Origin: Podarcis erhardii
Taxonomy: Eukaryota
Strand: one strand, 5' to 3'
Length of the DNA stretch: 64,000 bases
NCBI GenBank assembly: GCA_964252035.1
Contig: OZ176205.1
Under the pieces are notes generated by a model. It worked only from the letters and a program-made list of their open reading frames with translations. It was not told the origin of the DNA and made no database searches. Positions 50,719 to 64,000 of this stretch are shown piece by piece. Numbering within the stretch: position 1 is the first letter of the stretch; every line of letters begins with the position of its first letter. The translations under genes and the position numbers were made by a program.

Positions 50719-52409
50719 ACCTAGATGGTAGCTGGTGTTCTTCCACATAAAGAGGAGAGAGTAAATGTGTGGGTATTGTTGGACTGGCCTTAGTAGTGTC
50801 TGAACTGGGCAGAGAGAGCAGCAGCAGGAAACTAATGCAATTGCTTAATGGAATGTCATTAAGTCAAGAATGAGCTTTGGCCCAGCATATCTGAACACTG
50901 CTGTGAAGAAGCTTCGCTATGCCATTGTGGGTTTTCCTTTGGAATTCAGGATTCATCTGAATCCAATGCACACTCCTAGTACACAATGCAGATTCCTGTT
51001 GCAAATCAACTAAAACCATAACACACACCTTTTCTCACCTCCGGTGAACTAACCATACATTGAGCAACAAGAGACCAACCCACGGCTCTCCAAATAATAT
51101 ACGAGACTTAAAATAGATACGTAATCCATATGCTTCAAATGTTACAGTTTTAACTGGAACAAAACATTAGTCTATAATAGACTCGTTCAACAAACAAACC
51201 AACCTCCAAATGTATCAAGCAGTATGAAGAGCACAATGCTGAACTTGTAGGATCCAAAAAAAGGCAACCCTGACAAATTTAATGAAGATCCACTCCCTAG
51301 AGGACTGGAGTGCAAGAGAGAGAACCCTACAGGCAAAACTGGATCAACCGTGACAGCTTCTTCTACCTGAAGTCAAATGAGAGTAGAGGAAAATTAGCAC
51401 CTTGTGGGAGAGTTTGACATTAGTCAGCACTTCAAGGTGGTTTTCATTTTGTTTTTTGTACGAAAGCAGCAGAGCAGGTTTTTATGATATGGTGTGCCAG
51501 GCCCACAAAGCCTGTAAAATGGCTTCTCTGCAGGTTCAGAATCAGCAATTGCCTGGGTGGGGGCAGTAGCGTACAGCGGTAGGGGCAGAGAAAGAGTCCA
51601 ATTTTCAGTAAGTTGAAACTCACACAGACAGCCTCCAGTTTTGCAGAAATTACATGCTTGTCTGTACATGCCATTTTCTTTAATGAATCCAAAACTAATA
51701 GTGACTCATCTAAGTCAAAGGTGACTTCTCTGAATGTTTGGGGAGCTCTCTGCCACATTCTAGCCTCCTACTTTCTGCAGCAACCATTTCCAAGAATCAA
51801 ATTTGAACATTTATGAGCCAAACTAGCTGGGCACATTTCACGAACACCTTTCCCCCTATTGCCTTCGCCCCTCCTTTTATTTGACCGTTTATTTGGTGGA
51901 AGGAGAGTGAAAGGTGTTTAAATGATTGCAGAAACCCCCAAATGTACTCAGGACTACCATGCTCTCCCCTGACAAGTGCCCCTTCCCAGTACAGCCAAAA
52001 ATAAAAAGAGCCTCTTCCAAGTACATTTTGGGCAGATGTGGTGCCCATCCTATCTCCTCAGGTCACAATACACTCAGAAAGAAAGGGGGGGGATAACTCT
52101 TCACAATCCCAATGGCCACTTGCTCTCGTATCAGCCATCCTCTAATAGAGCAGTGAAGCTGCCATTTAGCCAGTGAGAATTGGCTATGTGATGATATTAC
52201 CAGTGAAGCAAATTCAGAGTGAGGACATTTTCTTAAAAAAAAAAATCTGTGTTAGATTTGTTTGTCCTGAGTGACATCACCAACTAGCTAATTCTCACTG
52301 AATACATCGGGGGAGGGGGGGAATGGTGCCAAATAAGCAATTGAGTAGCACTGTGAATATAAGCAAAGGAGCATAGCACAAAAGATGCTATGTCCCCTCA
52401 CCTCAACAC

Positions 52410-52835
52410 CCTCAGGTGCTAAATGTGTATAATGACAGCGCCAAGTGTAATATCTCTGAGGAGAGCATTCCACAATTGGGGAACGACCACCAAAAAGACT
52501 TGTTCTTGTCTAGCCACTCTTTGCAGCTCCCTTGGACTCAAGATGATGATGGCAGGGTCCAGATAGGTTCATGTGGGGAGATGTGGTCCAGAAGGTATTT
52601 GGGTCATGAGCTGCATAAGGCTTTATAGGTCTAAACCGGCAGTCTGAATTGAGTCCAGAAACGAATTGGCAGTGAATGAAGGCAGATTAGGATTGGTGTT
52701 ATATGATCAAACATCCTACACCCAGTTAACAATTTGGCTGGTGGATTATACACTGGCTGCAGTTCTGAACTGTTTTCAAAGGCAGCCCCACGTATAAGGG
52801 CATTGCAGTAATCTAACCTAGAGCTTACCTGAGCA
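52410..52835 (-). mobile_element. Decayed L2-clade LINE fragment
   Basis: Minus strand encodes SRLDYCNAL..., followed by GLPLKTVQ-like sequence across a frameshift. Confidence 0.8.
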
Positions 52836-54671
52836 CCTTGTAGGTTAGATTACTGTTGACCTGCAACTGCCATTATCTCGGACTACCAGCCATGTTGTTT
52901 GGGATTGCTGGAAGTTGTAGTCTAACAAGATTTGCAGGCTCCCCTGATGCAGAACATTCAGCTCAGTCCAATACAATAATATAATTCTACCATTTTGTGA
53001 ATTCTCCATGAATTGCTTTGGTTACTATACCAAAGTGCCATATAATCACTATTTTGTTTTCACCTCAGTCCAAACAGTACAGCAGGTCTTCATACTGTTC
53101 CTCTAATTTTAAAATCAGTGAACATAAATGGCCTCTAAAGAGGTCCTGGAGAGTTTAGCGGGGTGTACACATACAGGGTGGGAAATGGTGGAGCCATTTC
53201 ATGGCAAATGGAAGTGGTGATAGGTAAAACAAACCGTTTATTCTGAAGTCCTCGAGACCAGCTCCATTGCTATAACCAAAGGACACACACTCACTCACTA
53301 CTGCTATGATTATTCTTATATTTTTTTAAGAAGGAGGAAGGGGGGGGACAAAAAAATGAGCTTTAGCCTTTTTCATGTTGCAAATCCACCCGCCTCCAGT
53401 TCACTGGCAATGTTATTTTACCATCGTTGAGAGGAAATGGTGTAAATGTTTACGGAATAACTTTGAAACATTTAAAGAAAAGTGAGAGAAAAATATGGGG
53501 AAATAAATTCATGCAGACTCCCAAACAGTCTGAAAGGCATGGTAATTAAATTATGGAGGCTGCTTCCATCATAAAGAGTAAAAGGGAAAGGGGAGGGGAA
53601 ACAGCAGGGAGCTGTGTGTTAATTTATCTTTTGGGGCAGCAAAGAGAAGGAATTGTGTTGCAGAAAGCCTACACATATATATCTACTTATGTTTAATGTT
53701 TTTATAAATTCAGGTCTGGGTTCTCCTCCCCCACCTGCCCCCAAATTTCATATCTAAGGTTACAGGAGATTCAGGGCCCACAGATCTTTTGAAATAGTCT
53801 CAGAAGAAGAAAAAGCTTTCCCTTAATTACATTTACCACAAATCACTCCCTAAATCTCTCTCCCTTTTCCTTCCAAAGAGCTTAGGGTAGTTCCACCCAT
53901 AATTGACCTGTGCCGTGCTCTTTTCACAAGCTCTATCAAGCATGCTTCCAGCAGCTACAGTCAGGAAATACTCTGGCATAACAAGCTGAGGAAAGGAAGG
54001 GCAGAGCCATTTTTCATTGACAAAGAAAAACAAGACCAGCCCCATAGTTTTGGATGAAACTATGTGGGCTAGTAAGTCCACCTGCCCTGCTTCCTGAAGA
54101 GCTACTCAGAAAGCAGATTACTTTTTTTAAAAAAAAACTAATGAAACAGATAATTATGATTTTGAATCAATGTAGGTAAATGACAAATAAAGCAGCCTAA
54201 CATTATCTCAATTATGTTGCTTGGCAAAATGAAATACACGAAGGCTTACATTCCTTGAGCTTTGCTTGCTCTTGCTTTTTCTAGTGAAACTGAGATCAAA
54301 ACAAGTAATGCAGATGTGGTTCTTTTTTGGCAGGATAAACATTGCAAAGGAACAAGAAACTGCTGGTCTATCTAGCTCATTATTGGTTACACTGCCTCGG
54401 AGTCTTTTCCAACTGTACCTAGAGAGGCTGGGGAATTCAATTTGGTCCCCTCTGCTTGCAAGGCAGATGCTCTGCCTACCTTTCAGCTATGGCTGTTCAC
54501 GCCAACTTCTTAAAACCTCAGCATCCAAATGCCTCTGTAGCATACCTGTTTTATAGGTCATAATCCCATTCCATAGGTCATAATTCCCAACTTGAAGATG
54601 AGGAACAAATCAGGCTGATGTCTGATGTTACTCTCTGATGCACATTCAATACACATTGCTACCTTCATAAA

Positions 54672-54974
54672 TAGGGCTGTCTTACCCATAGGTGCTCGGG
54701 GTGTGGGGCACCTAGGCACTGGGCTCTCAGGGGTGCCAGTATGGCACCCCAGAGTTGAGTACGGGGAAGAGCCCGCCCATCGGTCAGAGTACCACGGTGG
54801 GCTCTTCTGCTGCAGGCGGCTCTGCGCCGCGAGTTAGGGGGCGACCGAGCCAGCGAGATGCTGAGGCGGCCGGCCAGCTCCGCCCTCCTGCGCACCTGGG
54901 ACTGGGCAACCTGGGGGGTGGGGCGCCGGGCGGATCCTTACAGCCCGGCACCACATATGCTTAAGACAGCCCTG
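54672..54974. mobile_element. Young hAT-type non-autonomous element (303 bp)
   Basis: TIRs TAGGGCTGTCTTA / TAAGACAGCCCTG; perfect 8-bp TSD TTCATAAA; GC- and CpG-rich interior. Confidence 0.92.
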
Positions 54975-55358
54975 TTCATAAACCATGGTTTATGCTAATG
55001 TTGGGCAGTAGTATTCGGCCCAGCAATTTTCACATTTTGGGAAAAGGGGTTTAAAGAGAAAAAAGAAAAGAAAAAGAAATTTTTAAAACCTCCCAGTCAC
55101 CTTTCATTAAGGTAAGCCACATGGCCAGGTGTACAAAAAAGCTCTTAGAATTGCCCCCATATATATATAATGATTCAAATTTGATTTCTTTGGTCCGGGG
55201 TGGGGGCTGTCACCTGAACACTACCACCCAATGTAATATCAAAAAACAAAGCTGGGCTGAAAACTTTGGCCCAGCATAAACATTTACTCATTTCTCATAC
55301 TGCCTTAAGAAACACTGATAAAACATGATTCCTTAAAGATACATGACCTCCTACTTAC

Positions 55359-55416
55359 CACCAAATAAAGCATGGTATAGAGGGAGAAGGAAGCATGTCC
55401 AGAAAAGAATGATTTC
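55359..55416 (-). CDS. PLPP3: PLPP3 coding exon 4 (58 bp): (R)KSFFSGHASFSLYTMLYLV
   Basis: Not in the ORF track. Found by reading the minus strand: ttttgcag|G AAA TCA TTC TTT TCT GGA CAT GCT ... TTG GTG|gtaagt. Encodes motif C2 (SGH). Confidence 0.96.
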
Positions 55417-56468
55417 CTGCAAAACAAAAGAAGCAAAGTAGCAAACCTGTTTTGTTACTGGAGCAAATGGCCAAATGCTTTGGTTTTCTGAACAACACCT
55501 TTGCACAGTCATCAATAAAATCAAGTATAACTCTCAACCCCTAAAATACCAAAACAGGAACAGCAGTTTAAAATTACTTAAGGATATGAAATTAAACAGT
55601 CCACACTGCCTGTCTATATTTACTTATTTATATGTCTCTAAGATGTCTCCTCCTCCCTACACATAGATACTCATAGAGATGGCAATTTGAAATAAAATTC
55701 TGGCATGTAGCCATGTGGCCCAGGGCACTTACGTAGCAGGTTTTACCATCTCCTAGTGCATAATCAGTTGGTCTCGCCTATCTTCTTGAGGCAGTTTGGA
55801 ACAGCAAGTTTTTAAAAAAAAGTTATAATTTAATCTGTCTTTCTTGATATTTCTTGATATGAAAAGCTTTCTGAAATTCCTTTACTTTTTTTTGTTATTA
55901 GTGACAAAACTATGGGTGCTTATCTTTATAAGTGGACTCAGATATTTGCAAGCTTAAGTAGCCAAATCTATTTGCTACAAGGCTACATAGCTTATCTGAG
56001 TTAAGTTACACCTTCCTCAAAAAATGCTTCCTTTGTAAGGAGCAGTGATTTTTATAAAGTTAGGTGTATCAAATTCTTTTAGTTGCCCCCCCACCACCAC
56101 CCAGCAGCTTTTTATAATCTTTCTCACCTTTCCATTCTTGAGTTCTTCCCTTGGACAATTATCCATTGTTTGTTTAATGAAATATACTTGCAAATCTATC
56201 ATTGAAACAGGACTTACAGTGATATTATTACACCCAGTGCAAGGGAATAAAAATTGGACAAATGACTTGCAAACTCGCATGGAGGTATCAAGACTAAAGG
56301 AGAGCTATTACGTCTTTAAATTTACGGTTGAGAAAGTCAACCCGCTTGCTCATTCATTCAGGTTCCTCTGCCATTTTTCAAGGTGATTATGTAGGCAAAC
56401 AAGGGTATCTTTTTTATTCAAGTCACAACACACTATTTCTGATGGAAAGAGAGAGAAAAAGTTCTCAC

Positions 56469-56752
56469 CTGGCTTCCTGAACTTTGCTTTCGTCATCGTT
56501 AAAGCACTGGTAGTCTTGGATATAACCCTGAGAGCAGTTGATTAGTGTAAAATTCGGCCGGCAAACCGCAATAAAATTGGGCCTCAAACGTCCAACAGAC
56601 ACTTTGGCGATGTCTGTGAAAGACTGGCTGATGGCACATCCAAAGGCAAAGCAACCCACTTGCTTGTACAGAGCTGCCACATAGGGGTTCTGGATGAAGG
56701 ATCGGGATGTTTCCTTTAAACAATGGATCCGATAAAACTCTCCTATTATGAT
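56469..56752 (-). CDS. PLPP3: PLPP3 coding exon 3 (284 bp): [95 protein letters not shown]
   Basis: Acceptor ccttacag|ATC and donor GCCAG|gtgaga on the minus strand; contains phosphatase motif C1 (K-x6-RP); ends in phase 2, matching exon 4. Confidence 0.97.
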
Positions 56753-59700
56753 CTGTAAGGGAAAGATACGTATATGTTTAAGTAAGATAAGAAATTATGC
56801 ATCCTTCATGAGCAGGCCACATGTCAATACAATTTTATTGGAAAAAAGCGTACAGGTGTAGCTTTTTTAGATATCCCATTTCTCCCCTCAGAAACAATCC
56901 CACTTCACTGTATGATTAATCTGGGGGAGACAGAGCATCATGGTACCTCTCTGTCTCCACCCACTGTTGAAATGGGCGAAACATATACACTTGCGTTCCA
57001 TTCCGTCAGTTTGCTGAAGTTCATGGGCTTGCTTTGTTATGCTGGGCCAAGTTTCTGTGATTCCCTCCTCCCCCCCCCCAGTAATTATTTAGGGTCTTTA
57101 TTTGAGAAAAACATTCAAATGGCACCTAGTAACTCCCCTGTGAATGCAGCCAAAATGACAAGGAAGGTACTTATTAGTATAGAGACAGACAACATTCCCC
57201 AAACAATTTACACGTCCCAAAGTTATTACTAGAGACTATCTTATAAGTACAACTTGGAATGCAATAATAAATCTGACGGCTTTGGGGGAATCTCTTACAA
57301 TTGCAAAGGCTGCAAAACGAGAGCAATCATAGTAACTGTTATTCCATGCCTTAGCTTACAGGCAATGATGACAAGCCCAGTGATATCATTAGAAAGAACT
57401 TGTCTAGCTGCTTTCATTGGACGATCCTATCTACTTCTAAACACCAAAAGAACAGAATCAAATCTAAGTGATGTGGGTGCTTTTGGCATCTTTATATATA
57501 TGAGTCATTGGGCAATTGCACCTCAGACAAAGCTGGAAATAAGCTGCAGGTGGAGCCAAAAATAGCAGGTAATTCCACAAGCACAACAGTTCCTAAGCTG
57601 AGCTTTTCCAAGTCTGTCACCTGAACGGAGAGCTCTAAAAATTCTGCTCTAGTAATTGCAGCAAAACCTTAAGCGATGCAAGACACCTGGGCCAATTCAC
57701 ATGTTTTTGAAAAGGAAGTCACTACAAAGGCACTTTCCCCTCTCTCTGTTTAAACAGAGCTAGTTCACATGTCACATTAAACCATAGTTAAAATAAACTA
57801 TGGTTTAATGCAAATGAGCATACAGTGCTAAGGTGCGCTGCTGAAATCACAGACACTTTGCTTCTTCTCCATAGCTGGGAAGCAAGCTATGGTCTAGCTT
57901 GTGTCATCTGATCCCAGGCTCGTAGTTTCTCTCCAGATAAACCACAAGCGGAGACCAAGGTTTTCCTCTTTGACTGACATTCATGGCTTCTTTGGGATAA
58001 ACACATCATGAGGAGTTGGGAGAGCCAGTCCTGGTGCCATCACGTGACAGCAACAGGCCCAATTTGTTGTATTAGCCTGAGAGCTGGCACAGGAAGAAAA
58101 CATTTTTTTTGAGGTGGGGTGGTGGTTCTTTGCTCCTGGTCAGCACAAGTAATAGGGCTGTGGTGCAGTGGTGACCATGATGCTCCATTAAACCCTGTCA
58201 CTGGTGACCATGGGTTTAGATTTCCCTCTTAGCCAAGTATGATCTTTGAAACATTAGTCTCAGCTATACTGGCAAAGAAAAAGTGCTTTATATGTGTTGT
58301 ATATGCATTATAACATGGTGACACCAGACAGTGCTGTGGAATTCCGTTTTCACCAACCCGATTTCTCATACAAAGTTTACGGCGTGTTTAACTGAAACAC
58401 TTCTTTGATGTGTCTATGTCTGGCCACTGTCCAATAATATTTTGTTAATTTATATCACACTTTTGAGAGCCAAGTTTCTCATTTAACCTCTGGACAGATG
58501 GAAGATTAGGCTCCTTCTCAACTCTTAGGTGAGGTAGGTCGGAATTGCATATACATTCCTGGGGGAGCATAAGTTGCTCTCCAATACATCAGGGTTCCTC
58601 AACTTGTTAAGCATGGGATTCTGGTAGATGAAGCAAACTGTTTTGTGGATCTCACAGATAGCAAGCTTATTTCTGTTGTGACTCCACTGGGATCATTCAA
58701 AGGGGGGAAAGGAGGGTCACAAGCGCATGACTGCTACAGGACCAGTTATGCCAGGTTGTGTGCAGGGCACTAGTCAGTGAGCAAGGAAGAAACTGGGTTG
58801 CTTTACCTTTTCCTAGGTTGCTGAGGGTGGGAATAAGTACACATTTTCTGCTTCAGCTATTACATTTTAGATGTCATCCTAAATTGTCTAAATGTACACC
58901 TTTGCATGTGATCAACATAGATACATTTGGCCAGATTCCAGGATTAGCTGTAGCTCCTGCTTGACTGCATGCTCCCATAAAGTGCAAAATGGTTCTCCTT
59001 GTAATTTCTTAAAATTGTGGGAAACACAGTTCATACCTGCACACACTTTTCTGTTGCTCTTCCTACAATGTAGCATGTTTCTGGGAGCATGACCCAAGAA
59101 CCCTTGAACCATACACGGTAAGTATTTCCTGTGCCACATCTAGAGGGAATGTTCTAGACTTGACACTAATGCTATCAATCATCATTATGAACTTGGTTTC
59201 CTGGCTTCTTATAATCGCAAGCTTTTAAAGGCAGTTTAATGAAAATCAGGCTGTGAAATCAATTCCAAATGTCACACCTCCAGGAAAGAGGCAAAAAGCT
59301 TAAATTGTTCTTTGTCACGTTACCCAAGTAGATTTTTTGAGCTCTGGTTTTACATTTTTAGGATTTTATTAATTACTTCACTGTTTTTATACCTCTGTAA
59401 TAAAATAGGTTCCTTTCCTCCCTCTCCCTCTACATGTTTTTTTTATTCTGGCCAATAGAAGAATATACACATTCAATGGCCAGAAAAATGCCTTCATGCA
59501 AATCAATCTCTGAAACAGCCAGTAATATTACTTGCAACATGGAAACATTGCCAATTACACACACACACACAAACACACAAATTCATTCTAATTTACTTTT
59601 CTCCCCTTCACCATAAAGTCTTTGTGTACCAGCTATCACTAAAATGAATCTACAAAGCTATTTAGCTTAATATACTAATTAAGCAAAACAAGGAAATAAC

Positions 59701-62700
59701 TATTAAGAGCAACAAAGCCTGCTTCACTAGATACGGAAACACATTTTTTTTATATTGTAATGCTTCTGGGGGATGGTGTATTGTTGTTTTTTTCAATATT
59801 GTTGCCCAGCCACAAATGGCATGCAGGCAACATGCTAATATAAGGATGCTTAGAAGGTTCAGAAAGGATTGCTTTTCACATGTCACACCACCAAACAGCT
59901 TCCTTGCAGGTTTATCCACAAAAGAGAGAAGGAAATGGCTAGCTCTCTTATAGATGTTTCATAGAAGGAGGGTGTCTGTTTTCCTGATTATAAGATTTAC
60001 AAGAATAAGAGTTATTAATAATGTGCCACAAGCTGTAAGTGTAGTATTCTTAGTATTCTGCTTAGAACCCTATGGGGGTGAGGCAAAGGAAGACCCTAGA
60101 AGGTAGCAAGCAATCCGGTTTACAGGACAAAAAAGAATGCAAAGTTTAAAGGCTACAGACGTAAGAGGTACTGAGAAGACTAACTACAGGAAACTGGGTT
60201 TCCTGGTTTGGAAAGGTTTGTATTGTAAGGTGTAAAACCTGAAACTGAAGGAACATTCAGAAATGGAGGTAGAATGAGACAGTTGGGTGGGGATGGGAAA
60301 GAGGAGAAAGGGACATGGATTCATTGAAATTACAAGCATTCATAGCAACTTCATGGAAGAGTGTCTAGAAAAAGTGTGGGCTTGCTAGTTTAGTTTCTTT
60401 TGTTTAGTCATCAGAAAAACAGCACATACTGAAGAGCTGCGTTGTCACATTCCCCTCCCCCCCACCGGAAATTAATATTGTGGTCCCTGGGGCTTCACCC
60501 AGGCTGTCTAGGTTTAGGAGCTAACCTGTTCCAGAATCACATGCAAGCCCTGGAGAACACAAGTGCTGCACAGCTGATGGCTTATCTCGACTGTTGGACC
60601 ATCTTCAAATGCAGGCGATTGGCCAGAGTCTACGTTTGCATGTGGGGCGAATAAAAGCATCTGAATCTCAGCATCTCCTCCTTTGGCAGAATGCAATTAA
60701 TTTGCCAGATGGCCTCTAATGGTTATTTACAGCCAGGGCCTCTCTCCGACAACCGTAGCATCAGTTTCTTTTCCCTATTGCTCATTTACTGGAGGATGAG
60801 TCTCTTACAAATCCCCTGTGGCTTTTGTGGACACTTGGGAATGCATTTCCACCACATATGCACAAGCAAAAGTGGCCTGTAGGCGCACTACATTCAAAAA
60901 GTACAAATATGTATAAGGGAGATGCACATGTGTTCAGCCGCTTCAGAGGAGATTCTATGCTTCCCAGCTGTCCTGGGATGGGGATGCAAATGATCAATGT
61001 AAAAACAAAAAACAACAACTGGAAATCTGCATTTTACAGTGGTTGAGCCTTTTGCTCCATACGAACGTGGGTCAGCATAACAAACTGAATTAAGGAAAGA
61101 GCGTAACAATAAGTGCTCCACCATTTTATTCTTAACACATGGAGCCTCTTAAACCTTAGATGCCTGTCCTGAGATAGACATGGGAATATTTTGACCAGGG
61201 CCAACAAAGTCTAGGGATTAATATTTTCTCTCACTGCTGGTGGTCCTGGTAATTGCACAGATGTAGCAGACTGTAAATTGGAGACTTCAGCCCCCCACCA
61301 GCACAACAGTGTGTAGCCATGACCCGTCCTGCTTTAGCTGAAATCAGGGCCGGACCTTTAATGAGAAGCTGAAGTAGGATAAACTTGTTCTTTTGGCAAC
61401 GCTGTCCCTGATTAAAAAAGGGGGGGGGGAGAAAGCTCAAGCAACTAATTCAGCACAGATGTGCAAAAGCTGAAACTTCATCCTGAATAAACAAGTCTTA
61501 AAGATATTAAGCTCCTCTTCTGACTTGTGTCTCCAGCAAGTAGTATGCATGTGGTGTGAATTGCTGGAAACGCTTAAAGGGGAGCAAGGCTGGTAAGGGA
61601 CAAAGTGCAAAATGGCCCAATATTTGGAAAGCATGGCTGCAAATCCGTTTTCATCAAATCCTTGAAAGGTCTCTGTGCAATTAGTTTCTATTATTCAGTC
61701 ACCCTTGCAATCTCTCCTGACCACCGCCAACCGTGCTTCATTTTCAAGTTACTGTGAAACACTCCCCCCCAAACATCTAATAGGATGGGGAGATTTAAAT
61801 AAATTAAACACACTTCTCTCTGTTTTGTTTGCACTGGTTTTGACTCTACTAAGTGCAGCTGTTTCTATTTTTGCTTTAAACAAAACTTTTAAGATGCTAT
61901 GCAAGTGCATGCAAAGAGAGACACGAGGAAGTAGGCTAACTTTCACTTTAACTAGGTCACTGGTTCAAATTTACGGTGGACTGGTAGTGCCTTTTCCTCT
62001 GCTAAGGTGAAATTCACCTCTTTAGAGAACAGAAAAGGCTCTGTATAATTGAGGAGATACATGTTTACGTAGAAACAAGTCCTACTATGTATAACAGGAT
62101 ACATTCCCATGTAAGCATGCATAGGATTTGTGTTCTTAAGTAGCAGAAGGTCACATGTCTCCTTTGTACAAGATGAACTTTTCTTACAGGAGACGAAGTC
62201 GGGTAGAGATGCCAGTAGGGGACCAGGCATTGCTTATTTACTGAAATGTGCAGAGAGAAGGGCCATCAGTCACAAATGTGAGACTTTACTAGATGGCCAG
62301 TAAGTAGAAGTTTGCATAGAAGTTTGCAGCCATGACTTGTGGATAACATGAGGTCCTGAAAGGTCAAACCAAGCCATATTTTCTAAAGCAAAAGAAATAC
62401 AATGTGGGGTAAGATTTGGGAATATTTAGGGGAGGTCTGGAAAGCACAATCCCCTAAGGCAATTAGTATCTCAAGGGTCTTGTGCATTCATATCCTCCCA
62501 TGTACTGATGGAGACAAAGGTCACAGCCTCTGGTATTTACTTAACAAGAACTTTGTGGGCCTTGCAAGCCCCATAAAACATGACCTAGACCTTTTGCTCT
62601 AGATGAGGGAGTCTATTGATGACACTATATAAAATAAAGGGTTAGCAGTGTGAAAATGATTGTCTTGCTTATTGTCCCCCAATGCCCTTATTCCAGCTAT

Positions 62701-62971
62701 GGAGTGTTTGGAAAGCAAATACATCAAATTTAAAGGGGATAATTAGTACTCAGTGAATTTAAGGTGAATTCCAGTGGTGCTACAATAATCCTGGCATCTA
62801 AGTCATGCCTTCTGGGTGGTGGTGGGAAATATATGTACCGTATGTGCAGAATGAGAGTTAAAATCTCACCAGTGGTCACCACTTGGTGGAAAACTGTTTT
62901 CCTAGATGGTATGGTATATATGGATTTAAGCAGCTTTATAAACTGAAAATTGTTGGTGTTATGGAATAGAA

Positions 62972-63106
62972 CAGGAATGAGGATGTTGTGCCCCTCCAGA
63001 TGTTGCTGGACTACAACTCCCATCATCCGTGACCAATCCTGATTAGTGCTGATGGAAGTAGGAGTCCAAAAACAGGTTGGGGGGGGACAGAAGTTCCCCA
63101 CTTCTG
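62972..63106. mobile_element. Decayed hAT-type palindromic MITE
   Basis: ccctccagatgttgctggactacaactcccatcatcc...aagttccccac, same family as 50583 and 18822; TSD not recovered. Confidence 0.65.
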
Positions 63107-64000
63107 ATAGAGAGAAAGTGAACATTTATTTCACGCGTGGTGTTTTCTTGTTGTTTCTAGGTCTGCATGTATGCCTGCATGATGCAGCAGTTGGTGTATG
63201 GCAATTTTACATGTATATTTATTGATATAATACTAAAAATACAACAAATTTTCTCTATCTTCTCCCATCATAAATAAAAAATAAAAATTCTAAATTCATT
63301 TCTTTGCATGCTTGATAAGATTGGCAATCCTCCACAATAAAAGTGCTGTATTGTTTTGTATTTTCCATACCCAGTTGCTTTTGTTGGGAAAGCTGCAAAT
63401 ATGGCAGAGAATCAGCTATTTTACGTCAGAGTGGCTGGGGTTTTCTTTCTCTCTCCCCCCCAACCCAGTTTTTAATTAGCCTGCCATTTTGTGTTAGAAA
63501 GTTGACGGATTATATAGTCAGCTGATTATGTTTCCAGCCACATTTTCAGCACTAATAATACACACCACTGGCTTGCTCCTGATCAGAAGCAGATTCTGCA
63601 AGGAGCCCAAATGACGGTATGTTAGGCAATAACATGGAAATGAAAAGCTTTTTCACTTTCATTTATGGCCTTTCTATAATGGGAAAGTTCCCCTGCAGGA
63701 TAAAATTCCTTCTTGTTTATAGGTTTATTCATTTTCTCTTTGAATGCAAAAATAACTGGTTATTGGGGCTATTTAGTTGATAGAGCACTTAGTAGGAACA
63801 GACTTTGTTGACAAATAATGGCAGGAGGAAGTTTTAATAGCCGTGAAGCAAAGTAACCTAGAATGGATGTGGGGGTTGGGGAGTCACATAAAGGTTGGGC
63901 AGACCTAACACAATGGTTGGCCAACCCAAGCACACAAAACTCTTGGACGCTACAAACAAGGGTTTTGCTATAGATTGCCCTCTGTCATTGTGTTTCATTT

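Noticed and set aside
56753-64000. PLPP3 exon 2 or exon 1
   Set aside because: I looked on the minus strand for CNDESIKYP-like and GLPF-like coding sequence and found none; these exons are presumably beyond the window.

Overview
Vertebrate genomic DNA. The repeat content (Sauria SINE, squamate CR1/L2/L1 remnants, MITEs) points to a lizard, probably lacertid; this is an inference from repeat families. The only protein-coding host gene I can support is PLPP3 (PPAP2B, lipid phosphate phosphatase 3) on the minus strand. Coding exons 3-6 lie at 56469-56752, 55359-55416, 46583-46759 and 40648-40773, all with canonical GT-AG junctions and in-phase joins. A ~2-kb 3'UTR ends near an AATAAA at 38690-38695. 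I did not find exons 1-2, so they are presumably beyond base 64000. Bases 1 to ~38600 are gene-poor, consistent with the gene desert downstream of PLPP3 in mammals, and hold transposon remnants and candidate enhancer-like blocks. The most unusual items are: (1) an apparently young, intact 1856-bp L1-type non-autonomous retroelement with an 18-bp perfect TSD that carries a single unrecognised 191-aa ORF and no ORF2; (2) three SINEs sharing one CR1-type tail but with three different tRNA heads; (3) a 63-bp near-perfect inverted repeat in PLPP3 intron 4; (4) absence of the human LPP3 RGD and dityrosine motifs; (5) a proximal poly(A) signal placed just ahead of a miR-92a seed site. All coordinates were read by eye and no database search was run.
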